From the NCBI GenBank assembly GCA_964016885.1, contig OZ024740.1, positions 121,148,001 through 121,212,000 of the forward strand: a DNA stretch of 64,000 nt, read 5' to 3'. Numbering within the stretch: the first letter of the stretch is position 1; every line of letters starts with the position of its first letter. Below are positions 40,965 to 53,026 of this stretch, in pieces. The notes beneath the pieces are model-generated. The model was not told the DNA's origin. It saw only the letters and a list, made by a program, of their open reading frames with translations, and ran no database searches. Source of the stretch: Eledone cirrhosa (lineage: Eukaryota). The position numbers were made by a program, and so were the translations under genes.

Positions 40965-43479
40965 CTAAGTTGGGTCAAAAATTCTATTGGCGAAGCAATT
41001 AGCCCTTCTTTGTTGTCAGTTAATGGTTACCTCCGTTCTATCGTTAATCGGTAGAGGTCGTGATAGAGTTATGTAATATGATTCCGTAATACAGAGATCA
41101 CAATATTTTCTTCGTCCATTGAACGGTTGGGCCCTAGCCACGATATCCCATTTTAGTGAGTGTTGAACGTTGTTTAATTTAAGGTTTTTTATGAGCCTAG
41201 CTAGCGATGTCGAACATCTGTTGTTAGGGTCTCGGAAGGAAAAAGAATGCGCGTTATAGCGTACCTTAAAAGGGTTAGAGGTAGACCCGATATAAGAGCT
41301 GGTATTCGAAGCAATCTCAACGGTGCACCTATAGACTATGTTGGGTGTCAGGCAGTGTCCATTTAATGGGCATGCATTGGGGTAACGGCAGTTGCTGTTG
41401 CTTCTGCGGTTAGTGAGAGTAGGGTTGCTTAACCTAAGCGGTAGATCCGTGCTAGAGGATTAGATGCGGGAGGTATGGTACTAGGGTAATTATTGGTGTA
41501 GTGGCGTGGTGTATTTGATAGAGGTGGTGGTACCGCGGTGTGGGAGTTATACTGTCTTAGCTTATGATGGTTACTGAACGCGATGTGGCTAGCTAGGTTA
41601 GGTGTTATGGAGAATGATATTTTAATGTTATGTTTATTAAAGTGTTTGTAATATCTCTGGTTGGGGGAAGTGTTTGGATAGGATAGAGGAGAAGAGTTTG
41701 GGGATATTAGTGGCTAGATTAGATGAGAAAGGGGGGTTGAGCCAGGTGATATTTCTAGGTCTATTCCTTCTAGGGGTTCTAGTGGAGTTGGTAGGGGCCT
41801 TCCTAAGGTTATTATTACCTGGGGATTTGTTATTTGTCATCCCATTTCTCATACCTATTCTAGGGTTGATTTTTAGTTTGCTACTTGGAGTGGGGAGCAG
41901 GCCGCTGCCACCATTAAAGTTCCCTGTATAGGTGCTGTTACTGCTAAAATTCCGGCGAATCTGGATATAAGCTAAGGTATTTCTAGTTCTAGTGTTAAAT
42001 TTATTATGGTGAATTGCTGTGTTATGGCATTTAGTTATGTAATAAATTGATTGTTTATAACCAGATTCAGAGAGAGCCTTATTATAATATTGTGCGTGTT
42101 TTATAAATATCTCCTCAGTTGCTGATAGCATTGAGATCCTATAGGAGATAGATTTGATTACTGCTCTGATGACTGCCGGTGGGTGGTTAGAGTGTGGGCT
42201 AATATATGTGAGTATTTCACCTGTTTTATGGTAAGGGTTATAAAGGTTATTGTTGAGATCAAGGGTGACGTCTAGGAAGATTACTACTTTATGGTTCAGC
42301 TCGAGGATGATAGAGAGACCGTTATTTTTGAAGAATCTATGTAATTGTTTAGCAAATCGATATGTAATTGTTTAGCAAATCGATTCCCCGATTAGTGCAA
42401 TTGTGGACCGCAAATAGGGCGTCGTCCCTGTATATTCCGCCTTGCATGGGTTGGATTTCGGCTCTGATGTTACGTAATAGGTAAATCCCAACTAAATCGG
42501 TGATTTTCGCGGAGTCACTTGAGCCCATCGTAATGTCAAAGTTGTCTGTTCTATCTTTTCTAGTCCAGAGTGCTCCGTTGAATTCAATGATAGTCTGCCT
42601 AGCCATAAGTATGATGTTAATCTCATTATTGGTTATGTCCGAGTTGGTGTTGGCTATGGCTAGTGCTTTGTTGAGCAGTTCCGGGTTTATTGACGCGTAA
42701 TAGCTGTCTATGTCAAATTGGATGAACCTCATAGATTGCTTGGGCCTTAGATCGGAGAACCATATGATTGCTTAGCCGGTGTTGGACCACAACTTGTAGG
42801 TGGTATCATCCCGTAGCCCAGGGATTATCCTATCAAGGATGTTCTTACTGATACGACCCAGGTCGGATGTGGTTGGGCTTATAGGTCTAATGGATGGATT
42901 CTCTATGAAGTTTGGCTTGTGATCCTTGAGAGAGAACCCTGGGGTTTTTGGTACATAAGGGTGGGTAAATCTATCTAGATGCAAGTCCTTAACCAAAGCC
43001 TGGGCTTTTCGGTTAAGTACGTTTACACTGGACGGTGTAGTTATTTTATAGTTTTTATTGAGTTCTTTAAGAAGGAAAGAGTTGTAAGTTTCAGGAGTCA
43101 TGGTGTATATATTTTTAGTTTTGTCAGACATAACATGTAAGAGGTTGCTATCTTTAATTTTTTTATAGTTGCTGCTAATATAGTGAGGAAGTTATTCTTG
43201 TGTCTATAATGCTTTTTTAACTTAATGCTCCTGACGAAGTTGAATAGATCTTTCTCAAAAGGGTCCAGAAGGATGTTGTGTTTTCTTGCATGTGGCAAAT
43301 CCATATCTATTTGCTGTACTTCTGGCGTCAGCAGCAACCGCACGGTCAAAGTGGTACGCTTTCCATCTTATTCTTCGGATGAAGGAGTTGACACTCTGTA
43401 TTAAAAGTTTGAGGTATGTCTTTCTGTCCGGGATTGGTATGGACTTAAGTGAGATTCTGAGTTCCTATTTGCTCAACAT
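40965..43479 (-). pseudogene. Frameshifted PLE RT-GIY-YIG ORF
   Basis: Fragments KSIPIPDRKTY, SDKTKN, FIQFDIDSYY, TMGSSDSAKITDLVG, GIYRDD, ITWLNPP, CRYPNACPLNGHC..IVYRC..YIGST; 23-bp duplication near 42338-42383. Confidence 0.9.
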
Positions 43480-43749
43480 GGTGACTTCTAACAATAAATA
43501 GCTCAACTACGGGAGCTCAAGTATACACAGTTCAAGAGTAACCAATCTTATAGAGAGAGATGGAGATAGTAGAGGAGATATGAGAGGAGAGATTGGTGAG
43601 TTAGTTAGAAGCGAAAGCGTAAAGTCATGTGCTCAATGTGCAATATGCATTATATATATATATGCAATATGCAGTATATATATATAAATATATATATATA
43701 TAACAAATGTAATCTGAGTTTTTCGAATATTAACATTGGATTGTTAATA

Positions 43750-45560
43750 TATATAACAGGATGGATTCAGTTTGAAACTCGTTAGACCATTAAAGAAACA
43801 CGACCCCGGCGTCGGAGCTCTTGCCGTTTTAACAGCAAGTCTGTTGATTACTACTACTTGTCAGAAGAGAGTCATCCCTTCAGTGAACATTGCACGATCA
43901 TATTCACGCATGTGAATTTTGAGGCCCGCTTTTGTTTTGCCGGCACGTTCACAGATATGAAACTTGTAATGTCTATTTAATGGCAAAACGAGCTGGCATT
44001 TGACCATGTCAGGTCAGCCATCCCACTGACTTGCAAATTAAGCGACACTCACAACAGATGTACCATGAAGTGTTTGGGGATAGAACCATCTCATATTTGG
44101 ATCGAATTCTTCCCGGCTCGTGTGATTTCAGATAGTTAACAAAACCAACACTTTAGAAGAAACTGGCCACATACATTACATCTCAATTCCTGCTGGATAT
44201 TTGTAGACACTGCATTTGGGGCTTACGATGTGGTTTACGACGTGAACGCTCCAATTCAGAATGCAAAAAACTCGTTTTTTTCCCAAGAAAATCACATCGC
44301 TATTTGATGATTTCTGTCTATGATATACGGCCTTCAGTCAGTGTCTCTCACATCACAAACAGCATCGGAACCACTGAACATGCTTTTCAAGTCCTCCTCA
44401 GTGTGAATTATTAGGTCACTGTCATCTGCTTATAGAAGGTTACAGATGAAAAAGTTGAAGACATTACAGTTGAATCTCTTTCTAGTCAAATTGAATAAGT
44501 TGCCTGAAGAGCGATATAGGATTCAAATTCCGTCTATTGATGTTGCAAAAGCAGTTAATAACAGCTCCGAAAATTAAATGACCAAGAGAGTTGGTGCTCC
44601 AAGATCACCATGCTGTGCTCCATTTTCCACTGCAAACGGTTCTGAAAGAGTAGCCTCAATATTAATACGGACATTCATATTTTTATGGAGGGCTTTAATC
44701 GCATTCACAAAACTTTCAGAACAGCCGATTTCTTTCAACACCAACGATGGTGTAGTGCAGTCTTATTAACAGTATGGAACGCTTTGCTAAGGTCTACAAA
44801 GCAGTGATTTAACCATATGATTGCTTCCATGCATTTTTCGTTTAGTTGGTGGATAGTGAATTTCTTATCAACTGTCCCGTGTGAATGGTGAAAACCACAC
44901 TGTGCTTCTAAAACAGCTCTTGGAATGATGGATTTGTGAAGACGCTCCGAAAGAATACAAAAGATTGGTCTTGCCACCGATCTTCTTTCATTTGCCGAAG
45001 ACTGCTCTGAATGTTTGATTGTACAGCCTTAATATTCATGTTTGTCTTTTATGATATCCCTAAACCTCTTCATTTTTCTGAGTTGTGACCTTTTATCCAT
45101 CTTCCAGCCTGACCACTTGACCAGCCGAACGCATCTGGTTCATAATAATCCTATCAATACTGGAACTGTCCGCTTTCTCGTGTTCAGCAGCATCAAGTGT
45201 ATAAGAGATATATTTGATGTTCAGGATGCGTCGGATACAAAGTCGATGAAATATTTACAACTCCCTCATATAATGCCCATAATAAATTGTCCACGTTTTG
45301 CATCCAAATCGCAGGGTCGTAAGAAATCAGGCCTCATACACAGAGAGCATTGTGTTTCTCGGGATACCTTTACCTGAGAATACTCGTTTCTCAAGCTTCC
45401 TGAACGGAAGACTCGCTTTCGCAATCCTGTGATCTATTTCAGCATTGAGGGTCTTATCTCTACTAACTGTAACCTAAATCACTCAAAGCTGTCCACCACT
45501 TCAAAACTTTTTCCTCTCATGAATATGTCAGCCTCCACATACAAACTGATGGGCTGCGAA
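43750..45560 (-). pseudogene. Decayed RTE LINE RT fragments (probably two pieces)
   Basis: ORF 44735-44977 LEAQCGFHHSHGTVD..QLNEKC..FVDLSKAFHTVN; further RTE-like C-terminal remnants. Confidence 0.7.
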
Positions 45561-45775
45561 AATAATATCTGTTGTACTACGCCCATGTCTGAATCCAAAC
45601 TGGGTCTCAGGGAAGGCCTCAGGTCAGATCCGTTTTGTTAGATGATTCAGCAAGACCTTGGATGCCATTTTTTTTACCAATTCGTGCCGATGTCTACAAT
45701 GATAACATTTTTAGTGCTGTGTGCCATGCATCTCTCACATTCCACCCTCCTCTCTCTCACTTTCTCTCCCCCTTT

Positions 45776-45872
<97 letters not shown>

Positions 45873-45874
<2 letters not shown>

Positions 45875-47261
45875 GAAAATTGAACAGGGACAGAACAGAG
45901 AGGCAGTACGATAAATGTTTATTAAATTCACGCTCATGAGAGTGGGGGGTAGGTGGGGGACGACGTTTCGGGCATAAGCCCTTCTTCAGGTGAGAAGTGT
46001 GTGGGAACAGAGTTCAAAAGGTGTGTAGGGGAGTGGTGGAGAGACATATAGCGAAAGGAAACGGTGCGAATGAAAAATTAACAAATAAAGACAAAAAATA
46101 TAATAAATAAAAATAAAGCATGATCAAAATACAAGGAATGAGAAAATTTAAAAATAAAGGCATGATCAAAATAAACTGAAATTAAAAGGGGGGTAAACAG
46201 GTGGTGGAAGGGTGTGGGGTGAGTAGGGGTGGTGGCGGGTGGAGTGGGGAGAGGGAGACGGGGTGTCCGAGCGGGGAGGGCTGAAGGTGGTGTGTGTGGT
46301 TAGGTCTGCGTGTGTGTGTGTGTGTATGTGAAAGTGAGGGTTGGGGGAAGAACGGGGTTGCGTGTTCAGGAAGGTGTGTGTGGGGGGTGTTTTTGTGGGT
46401 CGGAGTGTCTGTGCGTGTGTGGATAGGGGGGTGGGGGGAGATGAATCAGGAGGCTGAGGGTGTAAATATGTGGTGGGAAGCACGTGTGTGTGGTTTAAGC
46501 GTGTTGTGGGTGTGGGTGGCGTGTGGATAAAAAAAAATGGTGTTGGGGTGTGTGTGTGTGGGTGAGTTATATAGGTGATGGTGTAAGAGGATGGTTGAAA
46601 AGTTGGTAAGTTCCACGGATGTTTGGAGATTTTGGTTAGAAGTCAATTTCGCGTGTGGGTGATCCAAGAAGCGGTGGTCGGAAGAGGAGAGATGTGGCGT
46701 GCGCGCGCAAAAGGAAGTGGTCAGCAGTGGGAGTGCTGTGGTCAGTTGGTGCTGAGAGGTGGTCGGAAGGGCATAGCAGCAGTCGGCGGAATGGTAGGGA
46801 GGCGAGGATGGGTAGGTGTGAGAGTGGGAGTGAGGAGGGTGTGTGTGTATTAGTAGGGGTGTTAGTGGGATGAGTGAGTGTGGAGCGGGGAGAGAAGGGT
46901 GTGTGTGGTTCTATGGAGGGAGTGTGGTGTACTGGTGTGTGTGTAGTTTGGTGAAGAGGTGTTAGTGGGTGTTAGTATACGGGAGGTGGGAGGGGTGGAA
47001 TGCAGGTGTGAGTGGGGTTAGTGGGTGTAGGGTTTGTAGAGTTGGTGGTGTACGAGGGTGTGTGGGTACGTGTGCGTGGGGTTGGAGGGTGTTAGTGATG
47101 TTAGTTGCGTGTGGGGTGGGTGGTGTAAGTGGGTGCGTGTGATAAGGAGGGGGAGGAGGAGAAGAGGGGAGGGAAGGGATGTTAGTATGTTAGTTGGGGA
47201 AGGGTGGTCAGATGAGGGGTGGAGTGGAGGTGTTAGTATTGTTAGTGTGGGGTGGGCGGTG

Positions 47262-47263
<2 letters not shown>
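45873..47263 (-). mobile_element. Probable solo Penelope-type pLTR / 3' UTR (GT-rich) with a hammerhead motif at 45960-45991
   Basis: ac-CTGAAGA-a gggc ttat gccc-GAAA-c-GTC-gt on the minus strand; flanked by (TA)n on both sides. Confidence 0.55.
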
Positions 47264-47299
<36 letters not shown>

Positions 47300-47300
<1 letters not shown>

Positions 47301-47821
47301 AAGGTGGGTAAAATTCCCGAGATCCATGGGCGAGCTCTCTCCAGCGGTCTCTGTCCCCCATTATCGCTGCCATGTCCTGCGTCTCCAACAGACCAGTGTC
47401 TGTCCTTAGGGCATCAACATACGTTAACCTTGGTCTTCCTCTTCTAGTGTGTCCATGTAGGGGCTCCTACAGGAGCACTGAGTGAAATGTCAACTCTGGA
47501 TGTCCGTGAGATGATGTGCTTGAGAGGAAGAGCAAAGCCTGGGCGGCGTGCCACAGCTTGAGATCGGTGTGGAAGTCGGACCTTCTTAATGACCTGAAAA
47601 TCCGCCTCTTCATTGCTGTAGTGGAGTCTGTGCTGCTGTATGGGTCTGAGACTTGGACACTGACCAAGAAACTCACTCAGATGGTGGATGGGTGCTACAC
47701 GAGAAGGCTGAGGATGGCTCTGAACATTAATCAGTATACACTGAGGTTGAAAAACCCAGAGCTGTATGGGAGCATCCCAAAAGTCAGCTCAAAAGTGACA
47801 CAGAGGAGACTGAGGTTGGCT

Positions 47822-47827
<6 letters not shown>
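47300..47827 (+). pseudogene. RTE-type LINE 3' fragment with an inverted segment
   Basis: LKIRLFIAVVESVLLYGSETWTLT..RRLRLAGH (47516-47827); 47300-47500 appears to be the downstream part inverted (HGHPE..LLWEP.HGH.RRGRP). Confidence 0.75.
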
Positions 47828-47857
<30 letters not shown>

Positions 47858-47860
<3 letters not shown>

Positions 47861-50469
47861 CGAAACATAAGTCAATTACATGAACACATAATCCTTTATT
47901 TACTGCTATATATATTTCGATGATAGCCATTGAATGGCTATGACCTCATCAGGCAGTTAGTCAGTTCTTAGATATGCCAGCTCTGTGTTTATAGTGTTGA
48001 TGGTATCAGAGCCTTGGGACATATGAGCTTGTTAGGAATAAATTAATGTTGTCAGCAGCAATAGTCTTGATTCTCATTGGTCAGTTTGTAGATGGTAGTA
48101 GGGTTGGTATTTGACCTCAAAGAGGCAGATGGTGTTGTAAAGTTCAAACCGTCAGGCAAGATGACAATAGTTCCATATGACTGATTTTCACAAAAAGCAG
48201 CCCTGGTCAGATATATATTCAATTGAAGTTTATAGTATGAAATAGATACTACAGGTCATTCTTAAATTGAGGAATTTATGTGGTGGTGCTACTGAAAATT
48301 ATGGTTAGAGTAGAAAATTTACAAATAAAAAGACTTATGTAGGTTGGCTTGCACATACACTCACACCCACCTCCACAGACACACACACACATCCACACAT
48401 ACAAATTGAGGAATTAATGTGGGGTGGTAATACTTAAAATAATGGTTAGAGTCAAATACTTAGATAGTTTAGAAAATTTATAAAAAAAAAACTTATGTTG
48501 GTTGACTTGTACATACACTCACACCTACACCCTCAGACACACACACATCTACACACACAAATCCATTCAGGTGTGCATATGTATATATATATGTACGCAC
48601 AAGTGCATATATATATACAACAGAGGCCCCCAAATCCAAGTATAAGGCAGACATAAAACTATGTTGGTGTTATTTTTAAAGAAAAGTAAAGTGGGTGTTT
48701 GGAAAAGTTATTGTTTAGACTAGACAAAAGTAGAATGTGATATAAATCTTCACAACAATAGCTTGGGGGATTTGGAGCTTAGGCGAATCCCTTAGTACAG
48801 ACATATATACACCCACTCACACTTTTATACTTCTGGATGCGCGTGTATGTCTATATACACATGTGCACTCATACAAGAGAGTATATACAAATATACTCTT
48901 AAGCATGCACTCGAACATTTATCAATCCAACCTGGGGTATTAGTATTACGTTGCGTTCACATGAGTGTGTACATTCACACAGTCCCAGTATACACACACA
49001 ATGCACAGTTGCGGGCACTCAATTCATGCGTATATGGTTAGTACCTTGGGATAATTGTTCTTCCTGTGTGGGCCGCTCCATGGGGGGGGGTCATCAGGTT
49101 CAATAAAACGTGGTTTTGATGACTCCTAACCAGTAGAGGATCCGGTGGATCATCCACCATAGAGACCACAAACTATGGGTGGTTGTTGTTGTCCATTGGT
49201 CATTGGTCATTGGTAGGGGACCTACATCGGGGGGGGGGCGTTGCGGGTGACCTTAACCGGGGTTTATCCATATAGCTTGAGGAAAGTTTCCGTCCTTAGC
49301 TGTCTGCAAGCACCGAATAAGTCGGCCCTTCTGTTTAATAGCTTGGTTCCGCAATGAAGTATCTCGAGATCTCACTAAGACAGAGGTTGCAAATACCAGA
49401 CCCGCCTCTGTCTGGGGGAACCTTTCTAACCACGGACAAGACCAGAGAGTGCGGGGTCTTTTCAAGTTTGATCTTCCAGATCAATTCAGAAAGGGTCGTA
49501 CATTTCCACTTATCTATTCTGTTAAAGGAATGGTGATGGTTATACCACCTATCTTTGAAGCTCGTCGCTGTGGATCCTATGTAATGGTGCTCCGAGTTAG
49601 GGATTGTGACCTTGCACCTGTAGACTACCTTTTTCGTCATGCATTCATTATTAAGGGGGCATAGTGATGGGTCTCTGCAATTACATGACGTCTTAATCCC
49701 CACCACATGTACCGCGTGGTTACCATCACTCTGTGTTGGCTGGGTAGCAGCCGCAATCAGCACAGGGTCGTTGGGTTCCGGTGTGCTAGTTGGGCCTGTC
49801 CGGGGTCTGGTGCGTCCCGCGTGCTGGTTCAGTTGGGTGGCTCCGGGGTTTACTGTGGTATTAGAGGTAGTGAGCCTATTCCTATTTATGCCAGCTATGT
49901 GCTGGGCTACGGAGCGTGTGGTTGAGTAGGAAAGTTTCGCCGCGTTTCACCATATTTTATGGTACTTGTGGGCCCTAGGGAAACATTTATCCAGTACTCT
50001 AAAGAATGTTCTAGCCAGGCTGGTACGTAGACCCACCGAGTATGGAGAGTTATACCATGTGACCTTCCTGGTCCTATACTTGCGGGGTTGTTGGGTGTCC
50101 GCCGTGGTCCATCGCCTGGTTATGCACAGCTGAGGTCGAGCTCGGTTGGTGTCACTCAGGTGTGCGGAGCGGTCACTATCATGAGGGTTATATGGGCCCA
50201 CCGTGGGGCTATAAACCTGCGAGGTGCGGCCTCCCCGCTCAATTAGGGTTTGGCGGGTGGTGGGGCCGGTGCAGGGGTGCCTATGCTCCGCAGCACAGTG
50301 GTCTTCAGCGTTTTAGGTATTAGACCGGTGGGGTATGCGGGACCTTCTCCCGGGGGTGGTGACGGATAGGGATCTGGGAGTGTTACTACTGGTGACCGAT
50401 GTATTAGGTGGGCGACTCATGCCCCTGAGGGTATTGGTCCGGGGTACACTTGGGTCATCTCGATCATGT

Positions 50470-50472
<3 letters not shown>
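47858..50472 (-). mobile_element. 5'-truncated, decayed Hydra-type PLE
   Basis: RKVTWYNSPYS, CFPRAHKYHKI, CNCRDPSLCPLNNEC..VVYRC..HYIGST..DRWYNH..CNLCLSE; (TA)n at both ends. Confidence 0.88.
47902..47957 (-). ncRNA. Canonical-core minimal type I hammerhead near the PLE 3' end
   Basis: actgc-CTGATGA-ggtc atagccatt c aatggctat catc-GAAA-tatata-TA-gcagt. Confidence 0.85.
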
Positions 50473-50547
<75 letters not shown>

Positions 50548-50560
50548 GTGTGTGTGTGTG

Positions 50561-50621
<61 letters not shown>

Positions 50622-51343
50622 TTGTATATATATGTATATATATACGTAGCTATCTAAATCTCTCTCTCTGTATCTCTTTCTCCATATATATATTTATATA
50701 TATATATGTGTGTGTGTGTGTGTGCGTGTTTTATTTATATTGCTACAAAATATATTTACGGTATATTGCAGTAAACATACACACGCTGATTATGCCTTTA
50801 TCGTTTAAGTTTCAATAATAAACAAACAAACACTATCGCAAGCGATTATTTGTTTAGTTTCTGAACCTATTAAGTGTAATTGTTGATTATTGCATTGTAT
50901 GCATATTTGTTTTGAAGATAGATGTCGGCACTAAGTGATTTGAATGAGTAATAAACGAGACAAAGAAACACACAGATAGCGTGTAACAAACCATAATAAC
51001 GGTAGGTGTGCGACTTTGGTCAGTTGGCTGAAGAGGCGGCCAGACCGCCTTGTCATTATATATAAAGATGGATGAACAGAATAGATAATGGTGCCTGAGT
51101 GAATACTTAAAAAGGCGGCGGCGTCTGAGCATGTTTAAGAACGTTATGCGATTATACATACCTACACACACACACACACACACATATGTATTTAAATATA
51201 CTTGTTTATGTGCATATATATATGCATATATACATCTATAAATATATATATAAGTATACGTATATATGTATATATATGTATATATATGTATATATATATG
51301 TATACATATATATATATATATACATATATATACATATATATAC

Positions 51344-51420
<77 letters not shown>

Positions 51421-51609
51421 TACGTATACTTATATGTATACATACATTCATATATATACATATCGATAATTAAATAGAAAGACACATGGATATATGTGTG
51501 CATAGAGCCAGGGGAAGAGAGAGAGTAAGAGAGGGACAGAGAAAAAGAGAGAGAAGAGAGCTAGAGAGAGAGAGCGACAGAGAGAGAGAGAGAAAGAGAG
51601 GGAGAGAGA

Positions 51610-51696
<87 letters not shown>

Positions 51697-52287
51697 TAGG
51701 AAGCATATAGCATTACATATACATCTATATCTAGAAATAGTAAAATAAGGAAGGCTCGAGTGATTAAAGAGAACGTTTGTAGGAGGGCATGTAGGTGTGT
51801 AAGGGTTGCAATTAATTGTTTAAAGATAACGATTTGCTGTTCCCGGTTACGTGAATGCGTGTCAATGATTATAGTGTATGCGTACATGTTTATATTTGAT
51901 AAGGATGTGGGGGTATTAACAAGTTCGTCTGGTTAGAATGACGTGTAGTACAATGAATTGATGTGAGTACCAGGCTATGTAATTGTGTTGAAGGCCTAGT
52001 CTGTGAGGGGATACATCATGTATCTATAGTAAAACATGTGTATATTTAAACCTAAAATATATGAAACCTACTTTATGTATGCAAGTGCTTGAAACACCCG
52101 TTTTGTTAGTAGGCGGTAGGAAAGGAATTGATCATATTATTGCAGTCTGTGTATATAATTCGGGAGGTATGGGAGTATATATACATATATATATATATAC
52201 ATTCATGTATACATGAATGCATATATATGTATACATGAATATATGTATAGTATATTTGGCAATATACCGAATGTTTAATTAAAAACA

Positions 52288-52483
52288 TTTAGAAGAACAT
52301 ACGCTATCAGTTTTAAAGTAGTGACTATGTCACTTAGTTATTTTCGGCGAATGAAGGGAGAGAGGCTGACAGTCTGCTTCACGCTGGTTAGCGTTCATCA
52401 GAAACACGCACTACCCTACTTCCGCCGAAAATAAGTAAGTGACATAGCCACTACTTTAAAACTGTTAGCGTATGGTCTTCTAA
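52288..52483. repeat. Fold-back element with ~70-bp inverted arms around a degenerate minus-strand hammerhead (52364-52405)
   Basis: tttagaagaacatacgcta...ttttcggcg inverted against cgccgaaaa...tagcgtatggtcttctaaa; CTGATGA acgct aacc agcgt GAAG cagactg TC. Confidence 0.65.
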
Positions 52484-52489
52484 ACATAC

Positions 52490-52528
<39 letters not shown>

Positions 52529-52532
<4 letters not shown>

Positions 52533-53026
52533 CGAGCATTATAATAAATGTTCGGTGAATCCATACGTACATATATATATATATATATGTGTGTGCATGT
52601 ATGTATATATATATACATACTACTGTACGTCTGTATACATATATGTATGTACGTGTACATACTTATATTTAAGTAAAAGCCGTACTAAGAGTGGGAAATG
52701 AAATTTCGTTTCATTTTTTCCGTTTATCGTTTTCGGTGCACCCGGCCGATTTACCCACTCGATATGTAAATTGGGCTACTCAGCCGGTAAGTATATACGT
52801 TCAACAATCTGGCAGGAAGGTATACGTTGCTGACGATAGCTAGTAAGCTTGAAACTAGTACAGCGTTCCTTTGTCAGTGTTGAACAAACGAGCAACGATG
52901 GTTGCTAGACACAATGGCTTCATACGGGATGTTTGTTTAAAACACACCGATCATTATAATAAATGTTCGGTGAATCCATACGTACATATATATATATCTG
53001 TGCATGTATATATATACATACTACTG
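52529..53026 (+). mobile_element. Retrozyme-like ~416-bp unit (about 1.2 tandem copies), diverged relative of the 468-bp array
   Basis: caccga..attataataaatgttcggtgaatcc repeats at 52529 and 52945; homologous blocks ctaagagtgggaaatgaaatttcg and gtcagtgttgaacaaa. Confidence 0.8.
52824..52866 (+). ncRNA. Type I hammerhead ribozyme
   Basis: acgttg-CTGACGA-t agct agta agct t-GAAA-ctag-TA-cagcgt. Confidence 0.88.

Larger units (their letters stand above)
39967..43649 (-). mobile_element. Full-length decayed Hydra-type PLE with ~123-bp terminal direct repeats
   Basis: cagttcaagagtaaccaatc...tgtgcaatatgca at 39967-40089 and 43528-43649; (TA)n flanks; broken ORF. Confidence 0.9.

Noticed and set aside
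51015-51055. CTGAAGA plus hairpin ggcgg/ccgcc as a hammerhead (similar cases near 236 and 35098)
   Set aside because: No GAAA and stem III in the right position, or the core is mutated
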